Of a stretch of 64,000 nucleotides of DNA, positions 1 to 12,399 are shown piece after piece. The translations under genes and the position numbers were made by a program. Below the pieces are notes generated by a model. That model was given only the letters and a program-made list of their open reading frames with translations. It ran no database searches and was not told the DNA's origin. The stretch is from the human T2T-CHM13v2.0 reference genome, Homo sapiens. The stretch is from assembly GCF_009914755.1 (NCBI RefSeq), contig NC_060925.1, one strand, 5' to 3'. Numbering within the stretch: position 1 is the stretch's first letter; each line of letters opens with the position of its first letter.

Positions 1-3000
1 TTGGACTAAAGAGGTAAGAAATGATGTTTTATTTGTAAATCTTCAGCAAGTCTATACTTAAGAAAATTGGCCTAATAATTGATTCACTTCATGGAAAATT
101 AAATAGCCATTAAAAATTATACTTCACAGGTTGCAGTAACATGGAAAATGTTTACATAATGCCAAGCAAAAAAGTAGAACAAAAATTATATATATACTAT
201 AATCTGACTGTGTTTTTTAAAAAATATGCATAAGAAAAGATTGAGGGAAAGAAAGAATCACCTCCAAAATGTTAACAGGTAAGTGTGCTGGCATAACTAT
301 GGGTGCTTTTTTCTCCATTACAGTATTTTGCATATTCCAAGTTTACTTTAGTGAGTTTAGTAGACTGATATTAAAAAGTGAAGAATTACAAAGGGAAGGA
401 AAATGCCTAACAGAATTAACTCTAACTTATTGGTAGCTGTTGATAGATTGATTAGTCCACTGACTTAGAATGATACACAGGGAGGAGTACAGGATTCTAA
501 ATTTTATTTAGATTAGTCATGGATACATCTCAGTGAATAATTTGTATCTCACTGATTGTCAATCACATGTATAAAAATATTTTTGACCTATATTAAGTTT
601 TGTGGGACATTTGAGAATTACTAATTTTTCCCCAAAATTGGGTTATTCTACTTGATGCTGTAGGAAAATATGGATTAAACTCAGATACAACTTTGCACAA
701 CTATCCAGAATAACACGAAGTAGAGTGGATAAGTAATGTCACTCCTTTCTAGAGAATTATGCTCTATAATTTGAGAATACAAGAAAGCCTAACTTCAACC
801 CATGCTAAGGAGGTGCATTTACTCTGTTGTGTCTAGCTTTTAAATTTGCTTTCACAGATGTTGGATTACATGGTTACTGATGATGAATCATAGGAAAAAT
901 GAACAGCTAAACAGCCTAATGTACCTTTTTATAAAAGTGAAAGGAAATTAGGTTCCACTTCTGATTGTCATTTTTATTTACGTTAACTTTTTCCCTTTCA
1001 AAGGCTTGTATTCACACAAGGATTATTGAGAGCTAAGATGTGCATGAAAGAATGATCAAATACAACAGAAGTGAGTGCTGAATTTTATGGTAAGAATAAG
1101 GCAGCTTTTTAATATATGAAAATAGTGTTTCTGCATACAATCAGCAATTTTATTTGTGGTGCTTGACATTCAGTGTTAATCCACCAACTCTAAAGCTTAT
1201 TAAAAATGGCAGGAGACACATTGGCAGCATAAAGCAGATCAGAAATTGTCGAAAACAATGAGAGGTTTATGATCAACCATAAAATTGCACTTATTTTAGA
1301 AATCTGACTTTTGCATGGAATCCACAGGTGTAGAATCAATAGCCCACAAATAATGCAGACAATCCCAGCAGTACATTTCAAAGATCTCAAGTTGCAGGAG
1401 GGGGAAAAGAGCCTTCATTTGTTGTTTTTCCCTTTGTTCTCTTTTTATCTTGATGTGTGACACTCGCTCCTCACCGCTATCTCTTGGAATTAGCAATAGA
1501 ATTAACAATAAAAAAATAAATGTCAGTCTTTCTTTCTAAAAGAAGGAAACACATCAAAGAGACTATGAAGAGGCTGTAGGAGATCTGCAGTCGCTTTGTC
1601 ATTTCTGAAGATGTTTGCTACAAATTCCCTTAAGCAGATGTAAAGGCTATGGGAGCTATTTCTATTGTAACTTCTATATCAAATTCATCTAGGAGCCACT
1701 CCTAAACTCTAATTCCGTAATTATCCAGGTGCCATGGGAAAATGAAAACTACTCAATGGTGTAGAAGTGGCTGAAGGTATGGGAGGATCATCTAATTCAG
1801 CGTGGCATTTTTGGTCTGCTACTTGCTAAATGAGTAAGATCTGAGGCCCTCTTTCATATTTCTCAGTAACAACTCTATGCTTTGTAGCATGTCTGACAGA
1901 CAAGTCATTTCACTCCTGCCACCAATGATGAGCTATCCTAGTGATGCCTAAACCTTCTGCTGAAGAAATAGGAACCATGCAAGGAAAAATTAGTAAACTG
2001 AAGCTGACAGGATCTTGTAGAGAGTACCCATTAATGAACGCCGTGGAGGATTGCATGCTTACCATTCATTTTCTTTCTGCAATTTATATCCGATTTTCTA
2101 CAGATTATGCAGAGGCATTATATGAATATTTGTTATAGCTACACATTTAGAGAAGCAAATAGAATTATTTAATAAATGGGTGAAAGTGAGAAAAGAGAAA
2201 TAATTCAGTTCTCTTTTGCAATTCACAAAGTCACTTCCTTAGGGTGTATACTCCAACAAAGTTAAGTGCCTTTTATGCTATTTGTCTGCTGGTAGTAAGT
2301 TTATTTACATAAAAGGGCTTACAAATAAATATTAATTCCTGGTTGTTGGTGTGATTTATTACAATGTCCATAATTTCCTTTATTCCAGTTCTAAAGATTT
2401 TGCCAAGAAAAGTATAAATCTCATCATCCAAATTTCAAAAGAATTAATATATTTTTAGGCCAACAAAGATTTAGCATATTCAAATAATAACACTAAGCAC
2501 TGTATCCTTCACACATCTGTACAGGGTGTTTATAGATTTATAAAAACTTTGTAAATCATGTGCAAAATTGTATAGCCATTTACAGCTGCATTTGGTTTTC
2601 TGAGGCATTTTGAAGGCTCATTTTTCTTTCATATGTAGTATACCTATTGATATAAAGGAATAATAGATGTATTTATTTATAAGAAGAAGAATAGGGTGTT
2701 CTAGCTGTGGAGGCTACAGACCAAAAAATTGTGCATAGTGTATATATGGCTTTACATAAAGCATTATAATAAATTAGTTACTGTATTTTAAAATATTTCC
2801 TCCCTCTCAACCAATAAAAAAAAAGGCGATGATAAAACAGTATTTAAATAATTGGCATAAAGTGTAACCAGTTCATCACTACTTTGTTGATTAGGTGTAA
2901 CACAGAATACCGGTTACATGGCCCTTGGTTAACTACTACATATTTTTTGGAGCGTTAGCCTTCAAAGACTTTCCACTGCTTGGCATGCATGCCGGAAATG

Positions 3001-3016
3001 TAGTCAAACTCATTTA

Positions 3017-3150
3017 AAGCATAGTGCAGTGGCATGTGCCTGTAGTCCCGACTACTCAGGAGACTGAGGCGGAAGGATTTCTCGAGCCCAGGAGTTTGAG
3101 GCCAGCCTGGGCAATGTAGTGAGACCTTGGTCTCTATAAAACAAACAAAA
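3017..3150 (+). mobile_element. Alu monomer (FLAM/FAM-like)
   Basis: gtggcatgtgcctgtagtcccgactactcaggagactgaggcggaaggatttctcgagcccaggagtttgaggccagcctgggcaa followed by an A-rich tail; single arm only. Confidence 0.85.
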
Positions 3151-3309
3151 CTCTTAAATTTAGAGGGTTGATGGTAGGGGAAAAGGTTGAAGATGGACAT
3201 TTGCAATACATTTTGAAGACTTTGAATGTGAAGATAGGGAGTTTGACTTTTATTCTCTAGGTGGGAAAGTAATGGTTAGGAGCAGAGATTTACAGTTCAC
3301 TAAACACTT

Positions 3310-3500
3310 TATTTGAATTCCAACTTTGCCATTAGTTGAGCTCTATGACCTGTGGCACTCTCAGTTGTAAAATGGGTACAATACTCCTTTTTTAGATTAG
3401 GATGAGGACAAGGAGGGTATATAATATAAGGTAATATAAGATAAAGATTGCATACTGTCTGGCACTTATGAAAGCTTAACAAATGACAGCTATCACTATT
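3310..3500 (+). mobile_element. MIR SINE remnant
   Basis: MIR core-like tgtaaaatggg...ata and 3' ctggcacttat...aaatgacagctat. Confidence 0.55.
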
Positions 3501-3539
3501 GGAACCACCTGGGAGAATTTTGAGCATGCAAATACATAA

Positions 3540-4110
3540 TCGCACCTATCATTTAGGAAGATTACTCTGACCACAGCATGAAGGACAGAGTGAGTGAAGC
3601 CTAAAGGAAGAAAGAATAGAATTATAAAGATCATTACAATTATCCAAGCAAATATTATTTAAAAGCCTGAAGTAGGGTACAGAAGGATAAATAAATGGCA
3701 TCATAAAAGAATAGCATCAACAGGGTGGGATAACTGATATGCACATGAGGTAAAAGCAAGAGAAAAAATGATTTCAAAAATGTGAACATAAGGGTCTAGG
3801 AGGATGTTAACTCAAACTTGGAAACACAGTGAAATGATAAAATAGGGTTTGGAGTTTCCATGGGACATTCAGACTGGGATGTCTGGCTGGACCACTGAAA
3901 ATGAGGACCTGAAGTATAATGAAAAGTCTGGCTTTGGAGCCTGTATGTTTGAGAGGCATTTGCATTGAAGTACAAACGGAAGCCAAGAAATATATAACAT
4001 GAATATTGTGAAATAGTAAGGGGAAAGAGAAAAGGTCTAAAATCGCACCACTGAGAAATTGCAACATTTATGATGGAGCAGGAAGATAATCAAATAGAGG
4101 TGTTCTAAGA
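3540..4110 (-). mobile_element. L2 LINE remnant
   Basis: Purine-rich degenerate L2-like segments (ggaagattactctgacc; tgggacattcagactgggatgtc; ctggctttggagcctgtatgtttgagagg). Confidence 0.45.
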
Positions 4111-4599
4111 GTTGTTGAAAACATTTCAAGATAGCAAGAGAAAAGGGAGTAAGGAAAGGTGGTATAGTATGAAGCCAAATAATTTGCAATTAAATCATCT
4201 ATATCCTTAGAAACTTCAGTTTTTATTGCAAAGGATTGACAAATGAGTGGGGGTTAAGAGGAAACAAGTATAAAATACTGCTCTGAGAAATTTGGTAGTT
4301 AATGGAAGTCAAGAAATGTTTATATTTTGAGAAGGTTTAATTTATGTATTTTGTTCAAAGGTTACATATTCAATCTCATTGGATGAAAGTTGAAGTCTTT
4401 TCAGAATCAAGGTTCAATGATTGTCTTTGTTTCCCTTCTTTCTAGTTTCTCAGTTTCATAGATAAAGGTCAAGATAAGTTTTTTATACACACAAAGTATA
4501 CACACAAGAAACCTCGCCTTAATAAAGTATGACTTTCTCTAGTCAGTTGTCTCTTCCATTGACCTCATGATTATTTCAGAATCTACATATTCCTCCTAA

Positions 4600-5330
4600 C
4601 TCCTCCTCCAGCTTCTCTTTATTCTTGTCAGTCTACTTCAGTGAGAAACACAGACCATCAGAAGTGCTGATTCTTTCAACTTTCCACCATCAAATCTAAA
4701 ATTCATACGTGCTCTGAATATCCTGGTTTTTACTTCTCTCTTTTTACAACGGTCTGGGCTGATCCACTCACCTGCTATGCTGGATTTCTCTCCTCTGTCT
4801 TCATCGGGAACCTTGTGCTATTAGTTATTACCTCATCCCCATGTATATGCAGCTTCAATTTGATGTCTTCCTGTCAGTCATCAAACAAGCTCAAATCTCA
4901 ACCAAATATTTATAAAGTCCTCACTTTACTACCTCTCTCCAGCTTCTTTTATAAAGAAATTGATGTTAATTTCAAAGCTTCATAAAGCTTGGCCAATCTT
5001 TAACAGACAGATACTTGCCTTGCCTCCTAGCTTTGCAAGTTTCTCTGCTTGGAATGTCATTCCCACCTCTCAACTGCCCTCCCCACCCCAGGGTTTTCTA
5101 TACTTATGTTGTCATTCTCAACTTAAATATCACTTCATTATAACAGTCTTTCTTCAACCCTAGCCCAGGCACTTTTCCTTATTCTAGTCCTTCTAGTCAC
5201 CTCTTGTCTTTCTTTCCTAAGAGACTGTAAATTCCACAAAGAAGAGATAACGTGTCTTGTTCATTCTTATGTGGTGTATACTGCATACAGCCTGGCATAG
5301 AGTAAGCCCTCATTAAATTTTTGTTGAGTG
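4600..5330 (+). mobile_element. L2 LINE 3' region
   Basis: L2 3'-end motifs gagactgtaaattccacaaa...tgtcttgttcattc...cctggcatagagtaagccctcattaaatttttgttgagtg. Confidence 0.55.
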
Positions 5331-5642
5331 TTCCCTGCAGTTTCTCATTAATACATTCCCTAGCACATTTATTATAATGTAATTTACCTAAAGAATTGAT
5401 TTACATTCAGTTGATTTTTATATTAATTGATTTTTATACATTGAATTTTGCAGTAAACCAAGGAATATTTTCATATGAAATCATATTTTCCCACTAAGAA
5501 CAATTATATTTTCAAATATGTTTCCACTGAAAGAGTATTGACCTCAACATATGAAAAAACCATCCTTGACATTTCTGTATTTATTTCAACAAGTATTATT
5601 TCTCTGCCATATGTATTTAATTTTTCAGTTTGTGCATTTAGT

Positions 5643-5751
5643 TCTCCTGTACCACGAATAACTTAGTCAACCAGACACATAATGCATACATATTATGTGT
5701 CCTGTTGAATATTATGTGTCTGGTTGACTAAGCTATTTGTGTTATAGGAGA
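5643..5751. repeat. Inverted repeat / hairpin with 41-bp arms (5643-5683 and 5711-5751)
   Basis: Left arm tctcctgtaccacgaataacttagtcaaccagacacataat versus the reverse complement of the right arm, tctcctataacacaaatagcttagtcaaccagacacataat: 37/41 match with a 22-bp perfect core. Confidence 0.9.
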
Positions 5752-6503
5752 TACCTATACCACTTAAGGGTATACATACTGAAATATCAAACAGAATTAT
5801 CTCACAATTCATTGAGTGTTTTAACTTACTCATGGCTTGAGAGCCTCAATGACCCTGCCTTCAAGCCAAGTTTATTTTAGCAGAGCAGTACATGTAGAAG
5901 AGTGAAACGAAGTACTAGAAAAAAAGAGTATGGAGATAGAAAGGTTCCTGAAGTGACAGCTGAAAGACGTGGACCCTGACCCAAACACAGTCACTGATTA
6001 GCTGTGTGACCTTGAATAAGCCATTTTTTTTTAAATCTGCTTCATTTGCAAAATTAGTGTAAATAATTTATACCTAATTTTTAAGAGGATAAACTTGCCT
6101 TAAAAGTGTATTATATTTGTTAAGCATTGTGAGGGGTACTGGAATTCAGGCACAATCCTTATACACAAATATGTTAACTTCTTCATATGGACACAAACCA
6201 GGAAGGTCTAAAATTGAATGAAAATATGCTGTTGTATTTGAGGTGATTAAGTAGCTAATGAACAGAAGAGACCATCCGTGCTATAACATATAAAGCAAGT
6301 AAGATTTCTTGTTAAATGGTAGGACCTCTTTCCTGTTAATACAATAATAATAAGATTGAGGGAAAACAGCATATAATTACATGCTTGCATGTAAAACCCA
6401 CTCATGTATATATATTGAATAAAAAAAGGAAAGACCAGATGGGTTACTCAATGAATTAGATTGTTTAAATATTGGTTACACATGTGGAGATATTTTAAAG
6501 TGC

Positions 6504-6568
6504 ATATATATATATTATATATATATATATATATACACACACACATACATACACACGCATATATATGC
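6504..6568. repeat. (TA)n/(CA)n compound microsatellite
   Basis: Directly visible. Confidence 0.9.
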
Positions 6569-6579
6569 ATAGATAAATA

Positions 6580-7019
6580 TAGTTGACTCTTGAACAACAC
6601 ACATTTAAACTGTGTGGGTCTACTTATACACAGATTTTTTTCTACCTCTGCCACCTCTGAGACAGCAAGACCAACCCATCCTTTGCCTCCCCCTCCTCAG
6701 CCTACTCAGTGTGAAGACGACAAGGATGAAGACCTTTATGATGATCCATGTCTGCTTAATGAATAGTAAATATGTGTTCTCTTCTTTATGATTTTCTTAA
6801 CATTTTCTTTTCTCTGGCTTACTTTATTGTAAGAATATAGTATATAATACATATAACATAGAAAATATGTGTAACCAATTCTTTATTTTATCAGTAAGTC
6901 TTTTGGTCAACAATAGGCTATTAATAGTTTAGTTTTGGGGAAGTCAAAAGTTAGGTGTGAGGTTCTGACTGTGCCAGGGGCTAGCACCCCTAACCCATGT
7001 GTCGTTCAAGGATCAACTG
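6580..7019. mobile_element. Tigger2a/MER28 non-autonomous TcMar-Tigger DNA transposon, full length (~440 bp)
   Basis: Terminal inverted repeats (t)agttgactcttgaacaacac ... gtgtcgttcaaggatcaactg, with TA on both sides. Internal cctcctcagcctactcagtgtgaagacgacaaggatgaagacctttatgatgatcc is typical of Tigger2. Confidence 0.85.
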
Positions 7020-7099
7020 TACATGTACATATGTATATGTAAATATATGCCTAGACAAATATGTATGTGTGTACGTGTGTGTGTTTTTCATAAATGTAT

Positions 7100-7760
7100 A
7101 AGGTTAGCATTTCACATAAAAGGAAAAATAAATAATTCAAAAAATATTGCTGATTTATCAACTGCTTGAAATATAGTAGAAATGTAGAAATTTTATATTA
7201 TACCCTACCTCAAAATATGTTTCAAATGAATAAAAGATTAAATGATGCATTATATAAACTTAAAAGAAAATACAAGTGAATAGTTATATTTAGTTGGATG
7301 TGAATACATTTTCTAAATTCTATCTAAAACCAAAGCTAGGATCCAGAAAGGAAAACAGTTTTTAGACATGACCTTATTAAAATTTAAACTCTGTTACATC
7401 AAAAACATTCATAAGAAATATTCAAATGACAAACTAGAGACATTTTGCAATGTATATGACAGAGTTAATAATCTTAATAAAAGAACTCTTTCAAATTAAC
7501 AATTATTAAGACAGAGACTTGTAACCAGAAGATTTTTTTTTTTAAGTAAAGGCAAAGGGCTTAAATAAGAAATTTACAAAGAGAAGCGAGGAAGGCAATG
7601 GGTTGATAAACATAAAAAAACTGTTCCACTACATTAGTTCTTAAAATGCAGATAAAAACAAGATGCTTCCTGTTGATAAGGGTGTGAAGAAATGGTCACT
7701 CACATTCCCTGCTAGTGGGAATATAAGTGTGACCTTTCTAGCAGACAGTTTAGAAATACC
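7100..7760 (+). mobile_element. Old L1 (L1M-type) ORF2 3' remnant, left part; interrupted by the MER50 structure
   Basis: L1-like ggtgtgaagaaatggtcactcacattccctgctagtgggaatataagtgtgacctttctagcagacagttt; continues collinearly after 8613. Confidence 0.65.
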
Positions 7761-7762
7761 AG

Positions 7763-7919
7763 TGTTGCCAGTGGCAAATCTGTGTGGGTCTGCGGCAACC
7801 TCAATTCTCGCGTCCTCAGATGAAAATTCGACTGAGGGGCATAAGGCAGGCAGAAGGAGTGATGGAGGCAAGTTTTAGATCAGGAGTGAACATTTATTAA
7901 AAAGCTTTAGAGCAGGAAA
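7763..7919 (-). mobile_element. Inverted 3'-end fragment (R/U5, ~155 bp) of a MER50-type LTR
   Basis: Reverse complement of 8460-8613 at roughly 80% identity by eye. Begins with TG (the CA terminus on the minus strand) and contains tttatt at 7893-7898. Confidence 0.85.
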
Positions 7920-8613
7920 TGTTACAGTAGGTAGCTCGTCAGACATGAGCAGAACAGGAGAGGGTTTCCCCCGCCCTATCCCACACACCAGCAGTGTCAG
8001 GCGATCCTCACGTGATGGTCAGGCAGTTGTTAAGCGGTCTCTCTGAAATAATAATTGGTCACTGCCAGCACCAGGGAAAGGCAGTCTCCCCCAAAATAGA
8101 AGCATCTGAAGCTGGTGATCAACACTTTCCCAATAAGATCTCGGGAGATGGGCAGATGGGCTCACACATGCTCACTAAGAGGCAAAATGGCGGAGTTTAA
8201 ATGGTATATGACCTCCTAGGGTCATTAAGTTGGTAAGGGAAGAATGCCTCTGTAAACACACTGCACATGCTCACCTCTCAAGTGCTAGCAGGCCACTGTG
8301 CATACGGACAGCCCACCCCAGGGAAGAATCAAGGGAAATGGGATGCAAGACCCTGCAAGTATGCCTACATATAGAACCCCAAGTCAAAAGGTCAAACTGT
8401 GCACTTGTCTTTCAAGTTACCCCCGTGGCCTACTTCCAAGTGTAATTTCCTTCCTTTTGTTCGTGCTCTAAAACTTTTTAATAAACTTCCACTCCTGCTC
8501 TAAAACTTGCCTTCATCTCTCCTTCCGCCTTATGCCCTTCAGATGAATTCTTTCTTCTAAGGAAGCAAGAATTGAGGTTGCTGCAAACTCATACAGATTC
8601 ACTGCTGATAACA
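7920..8613 (+). mobile_element. MER50-type ERV1 solo LTR (~694 bp)
   Basis: TG...CA termini (tgttacagtaggtagc...gctgataaca), 5' motif cagacatgagcagaacaggagaggg, AATAAA at 8480-8485, U5 gcaagaattgaggttgctgca. Confidence 0.8.
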
Positions 8614-9090
8614 CTATAAGTATTAACAGCTTTTAAAATGTGTGTACCCATTGATCCAACAATTTTATCTTTAGGAATTTAAGAAATGATCAAAAATGTA
8701 ACCAAAAATAAGTGTACAAATATGATCACTTAGGGGTTATTTACAATAAGGAAAAATGAGAAATGGCTACCTAAGCATTTTGGCCAAGGTAGATTTAAAA
8801 AGTATGAAGAAATTTTTATAATCTTTTGTTAAAAGCAACTCTGTAGCATTCATCAAGAATGATATTTCTTAAATATTTATACCCTTTGACATATTGATTC
8901 ATATTCTAGGAATTTTTCCTAAGGAAGCAATTGGAAAAACAGATAAGCTAAATTCATGAAGGCACCCATTGCAACATTATAGCAGTCTATCATCCATTGG
9001 ATTATGAGCATTGGGTAAACCAATAATACAGCCTTAAAATTGGAAAGTATGTGCCTATTAAAAATGTTGTTTATACAATGTTCCCAATGT
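8614..9090 (+). mobile_element. Old L1 (L1M-type) remnant, right part
   Basis: aaaatgtgtgtacccattgatccaacaattttatctttaggaattta and ataccctttgacatattgattcatattctaggaattt resemble the conserved L1 ORF2 C-terminal region. Confidence 0.6.
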
Positions 9091-9124
9091 CTTGGAAATT
9101 TACATATGTGGAACATTAGAGTAA

Positions 9125-9330
9125 GAAAAGAGACTGTTCCTGGGTCCAAACCAGCACTCTGTCACCATCTATTCTGCCTTCTCTAAGCTCTAATTTCTTA
9201 ATATATAAAGTGGGGGTATAATTGTTCAATGCTTATAGGGATTTTGTGATGTTGTAAGGATTAAATGAGATAATGAACATAAAGTACTTACCAGAGGCAC
9301 AGAGCACTCAATAAAAATTAACTATTTTTT
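9125..9330 (+). mobile_element. MIR SINE
   Basis: cctgggtccaaacc...ctctaagctctaatttcttaatatataaagtggggg...ttgtaaggattaaatgagataat...gcactcaataaa. Confidence 0.7.
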
Positions 9331-9687
9331 AATGACCATATAAGAGTCTATAAAAGGATGGCTATAACTGAATATAGAGTGAAATAATTTACTGCAGCAT
9401 TAAAAGTGGTTATCTTGGAATGGTGCACTTATAAGTGATTTTTTTTTCTTGTGTATATTTTCCAGATTTCTTTACTTTCATGATTTTTTAAGTATATTGG
9501 TTTTGTTTTTTATTTTGTTTCCAAGTGGAAGATAGATAAAGGATTCTGAAAAGAAAGAGTAAATCAGACAGGCAGCAGCAGTAGCCAGGAGCTGGACAAC
9601 CAGGGCAGAGCCTCTGTCAGCCAGCACCATCTGCCACATAGCAAGTAGGCAGCATCCTGGACGAGGAGGTGTCTCCTAGTTGGCAGA

Positions 9688-9870
9688 GCAGTGGTTCTTC
9701 AGTCGTGGTGTGTATCCAACCAACAATGGAGCCTGAGAACAACAGGGATGCCAGGGGCCCAAGTCCAGAGCTTTTAATTTGATAAGACTGAGGTGAGATA
9801 TAAGTGCTTGAATTTTTAATAAAGACTCCACCTGTGATTCTAACTCATACCAAAATTTGAGAATCCCTAG
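9688..9870. mobile_element. MER5-type hAT-Charlie DNA transposon remnant
   Basis: cagtggttcttca...gaatttttaataaagactccacctgtgattctaa...aaaatttgagaatccct. Confidence 0.55.
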
Positions 9871-10620
9871 GCTACAGCATGGTATGAATAAGGCCAAAGT
9901 TCCATGTTGCACCCCCGAGGGAGTCCCATAGTTAGCCGCTTTGTGTGCCTGCAGGCTGCATGCCTGTTCATTGCCATATGTCTAACCAAGCCTGGGCCAG
10001 TTCAGAGCATGAATAGAAAGGAGCAAATTACCTCCTTCCTTTTTTCCTTTCCACTTCCCTGCCCCTCCACTACTAAACCTATAATCCGAAACATATATCC
10101 TGTTATTAGTGAATCGGTAATAGCACCTTCACTAGACAGTAAGGGGGTATATTTTTAAAAGAAATAGACCTAGACAGCTAAATATGGTAGTTGATGAAGA
10201 TCAGACAAATCAGGCAATCTAAAAAAGTGGTCAATTTGGTGAGATTCATGTTTAAGAGGGCAGAGTAGCTTTGCTTTACAGAGATTAGTGAGAGTTTGTA
10301 GTTCTTTAGTGTTCATCTGGAATCCCCTAGCATTTTCCTCATACTTTTGCTGCTATCATCTATCTGCCATTTTGTGACATTACATTAAAATATAATGAGT
10401 TCTAGGCCTGAGTTCATCTGAAGTTCAGGGTGTTGCAACATATAAAATGAGCTGACGCCATGGGAGTCAGAAGTGTTTTCATCCAATACAATATCAACCT
10501 AAATGCACTCAGTAAGTGAAATCTGCAACACTCAGACATCTGATTTTTACTTGCCCTTTTGCAAATTCCATTTATGTTTGCTTTTGAAAATAACTTTCAA
10601 TTAAAATCATCCCATGGATT

Positions 10621-10740
10621 TTACACTGTGTTCAGTTTCTGATATCAGAAGGTGGTTGTGTAATTACATTAGGGTTGGTTGGGATGTGCAGAAGAATCAC
10701 TTGTGCTCTTGCCTTTTTAAAGTGGAGCCCAGTGGAGCAA
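10621..10740 (+). repeat. Source copy of a 120-bp local duplication (second copy at 12478-12596)
   Basis: ttacactgtgttcagttt...gtggagcccagtggagcaa occurs twice with about 8 differences in 120 nt. Confidence 0.92.
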
Positions 10741-11089
10741 ATTATATCACTTGAATATTCCTGTAGGTCTCACCCAACTTTGCTTCTTTTCTTGTGGTTC
10801 CCTTTAGATGTGATTGTTTTAAGCGTCATTACCTATACCTTTTTGCTCATTCATTGTGGATATATCCATTTTCACTTTGCTTCATATTAACAAATCCTCT
10901 TGCTTCTATGGTGGATTAAATAAGCCAGCTTCTTTCAAGGGTTGGAAACATCAAATAACCTTGCTGTTTGTCACTAGTTTCCCTGTGCCATAATGAAGCT
11001 GCATTTCATGGCTTATGCAATTGACACCCAAAGAGAACAATGGGTTTGTAGTGTAAGCATGAAGAAAACAGTTCCTAATATCTGCTGGA

Positions 11090-11256
11090 CTTAGGTCCGG
11101 TCCCCTCTTCTTTGAATTCGAGTTATGGCAACCTGTTTTTTCATTTTTAAAATGAAGATGATAGTATGAATTTTGCAGGATTATTTATACATTAATAACA
11201 ATGTACATAGAGAACCAGGGATATAGTAGGCATTTAATAAATTGTAGCTATTGTTA
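11090..11256 (+). mobile_element. MIR SINE remnant
   Basis: ctgttttttcatttttaaaatgaagatgatagta...atatagtaggcatttaataaattgtagctattgtt. Confidence 0.55.
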
Positions 11257-12089
11257 TGAATGCATAGAAAGTATATATATATATACACATACATATATAT
11301 AAATTATGCAAAGCAGAAAAAACTAGCTAAAGTAAATGATGACAGAATCAAGAATCAAAACTGTGTTTCAAGTAGTATTACACTTAACAAAAGCAGGCTG
11401 CTAACTGCCTAATTCAGTGGGTATTTTAATATCTTTGTGCACTATAATTTACTGCCATATTTGTCCCTGTTGACCACTTTCAGTCTCTTGTAACTTCATA
11501 TGCCCTTGACCCATTCTTTCCTTATTTTCTTCTAACCTCTTTGGCTCATCCGTCTTTGTCTCTTTTAAATAAGTGGTTTCTGCCTCAGTTGATCCTCTTA
11601 ATGATGGTATTACTCAGGTTTCATCCTCAACCTTCTGATCTTTCCATTTCATGTAGCCTTTCACGGATTTGACTAATGATTCACTGGTAAACATCAGACT
11701 CACATTTACTGACTGTTACCTATCAATCCTGCACCAATATTCCAAAAGGGAACTTACTGAATTTTCATATGCCTTCAATTAATTCTCCACCTGGATGAAT
11801 GATATCAGTATTTACACAGATACACAAACCAGAAATCTAGACTTTTCAGTGGAAGGAATCATAGGTCAACATCTTACTCAGGACCTAGAGGACAAGTTTT
11901 AAGAATAGCTGCTTCAACATATGGAACATAACAACCAAGTACAATGTATGCACATTGCATGAAACCTGATTCGACAATCTAACTGGAAAAAGACAGTTTT
12001 TAATCACTAAGAGAAATTTAAATAGGATTATGCATTGTGGAATATTGGGGATTATTTTTGATTTTAATTAGATGTGATAATATCATTCC

Positions 12090-12380
12090 AGTTATATATA
12101 CATATAATATAAATATATACTACACATAATTATAAATATATGAAATCGATGTTATTTATATGAATATATATTATTTCTATGAATATATGAAATATATATT
12201 ATTTACATTTATATATAACATATATTTATACATTATATATACTAATATACTATTACATATTAATATAATTCCAGTTATATATAATATTCCAATTATATAT
12301 GTATCATTCCAGTTATATATGTTATGTAATATAAAATATATATTAGACATCTATTATATATACATATAACTAAAAGATAA
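12090..12380. repeat. AT-rich low-complexity region with recurring ttccagttatata unit
   Basis: Directly visible. tcattccagttatata-like units at ~12083, ~12268, ~12286 and ~12304. Confidence 0.8.
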
Positions 12381-12399
12381 TAACTAAGGATGATTATAA

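Noticed and set aside
8640-8930. Two similar L1 segments (tacccattgatcc...taggaattt and taccctttgac...ctaggaattt) as a recent duplication
   Set aside because: The copies are highly diverged and both match a conserved L1 motif, so they are more simply two old L1 fragments.
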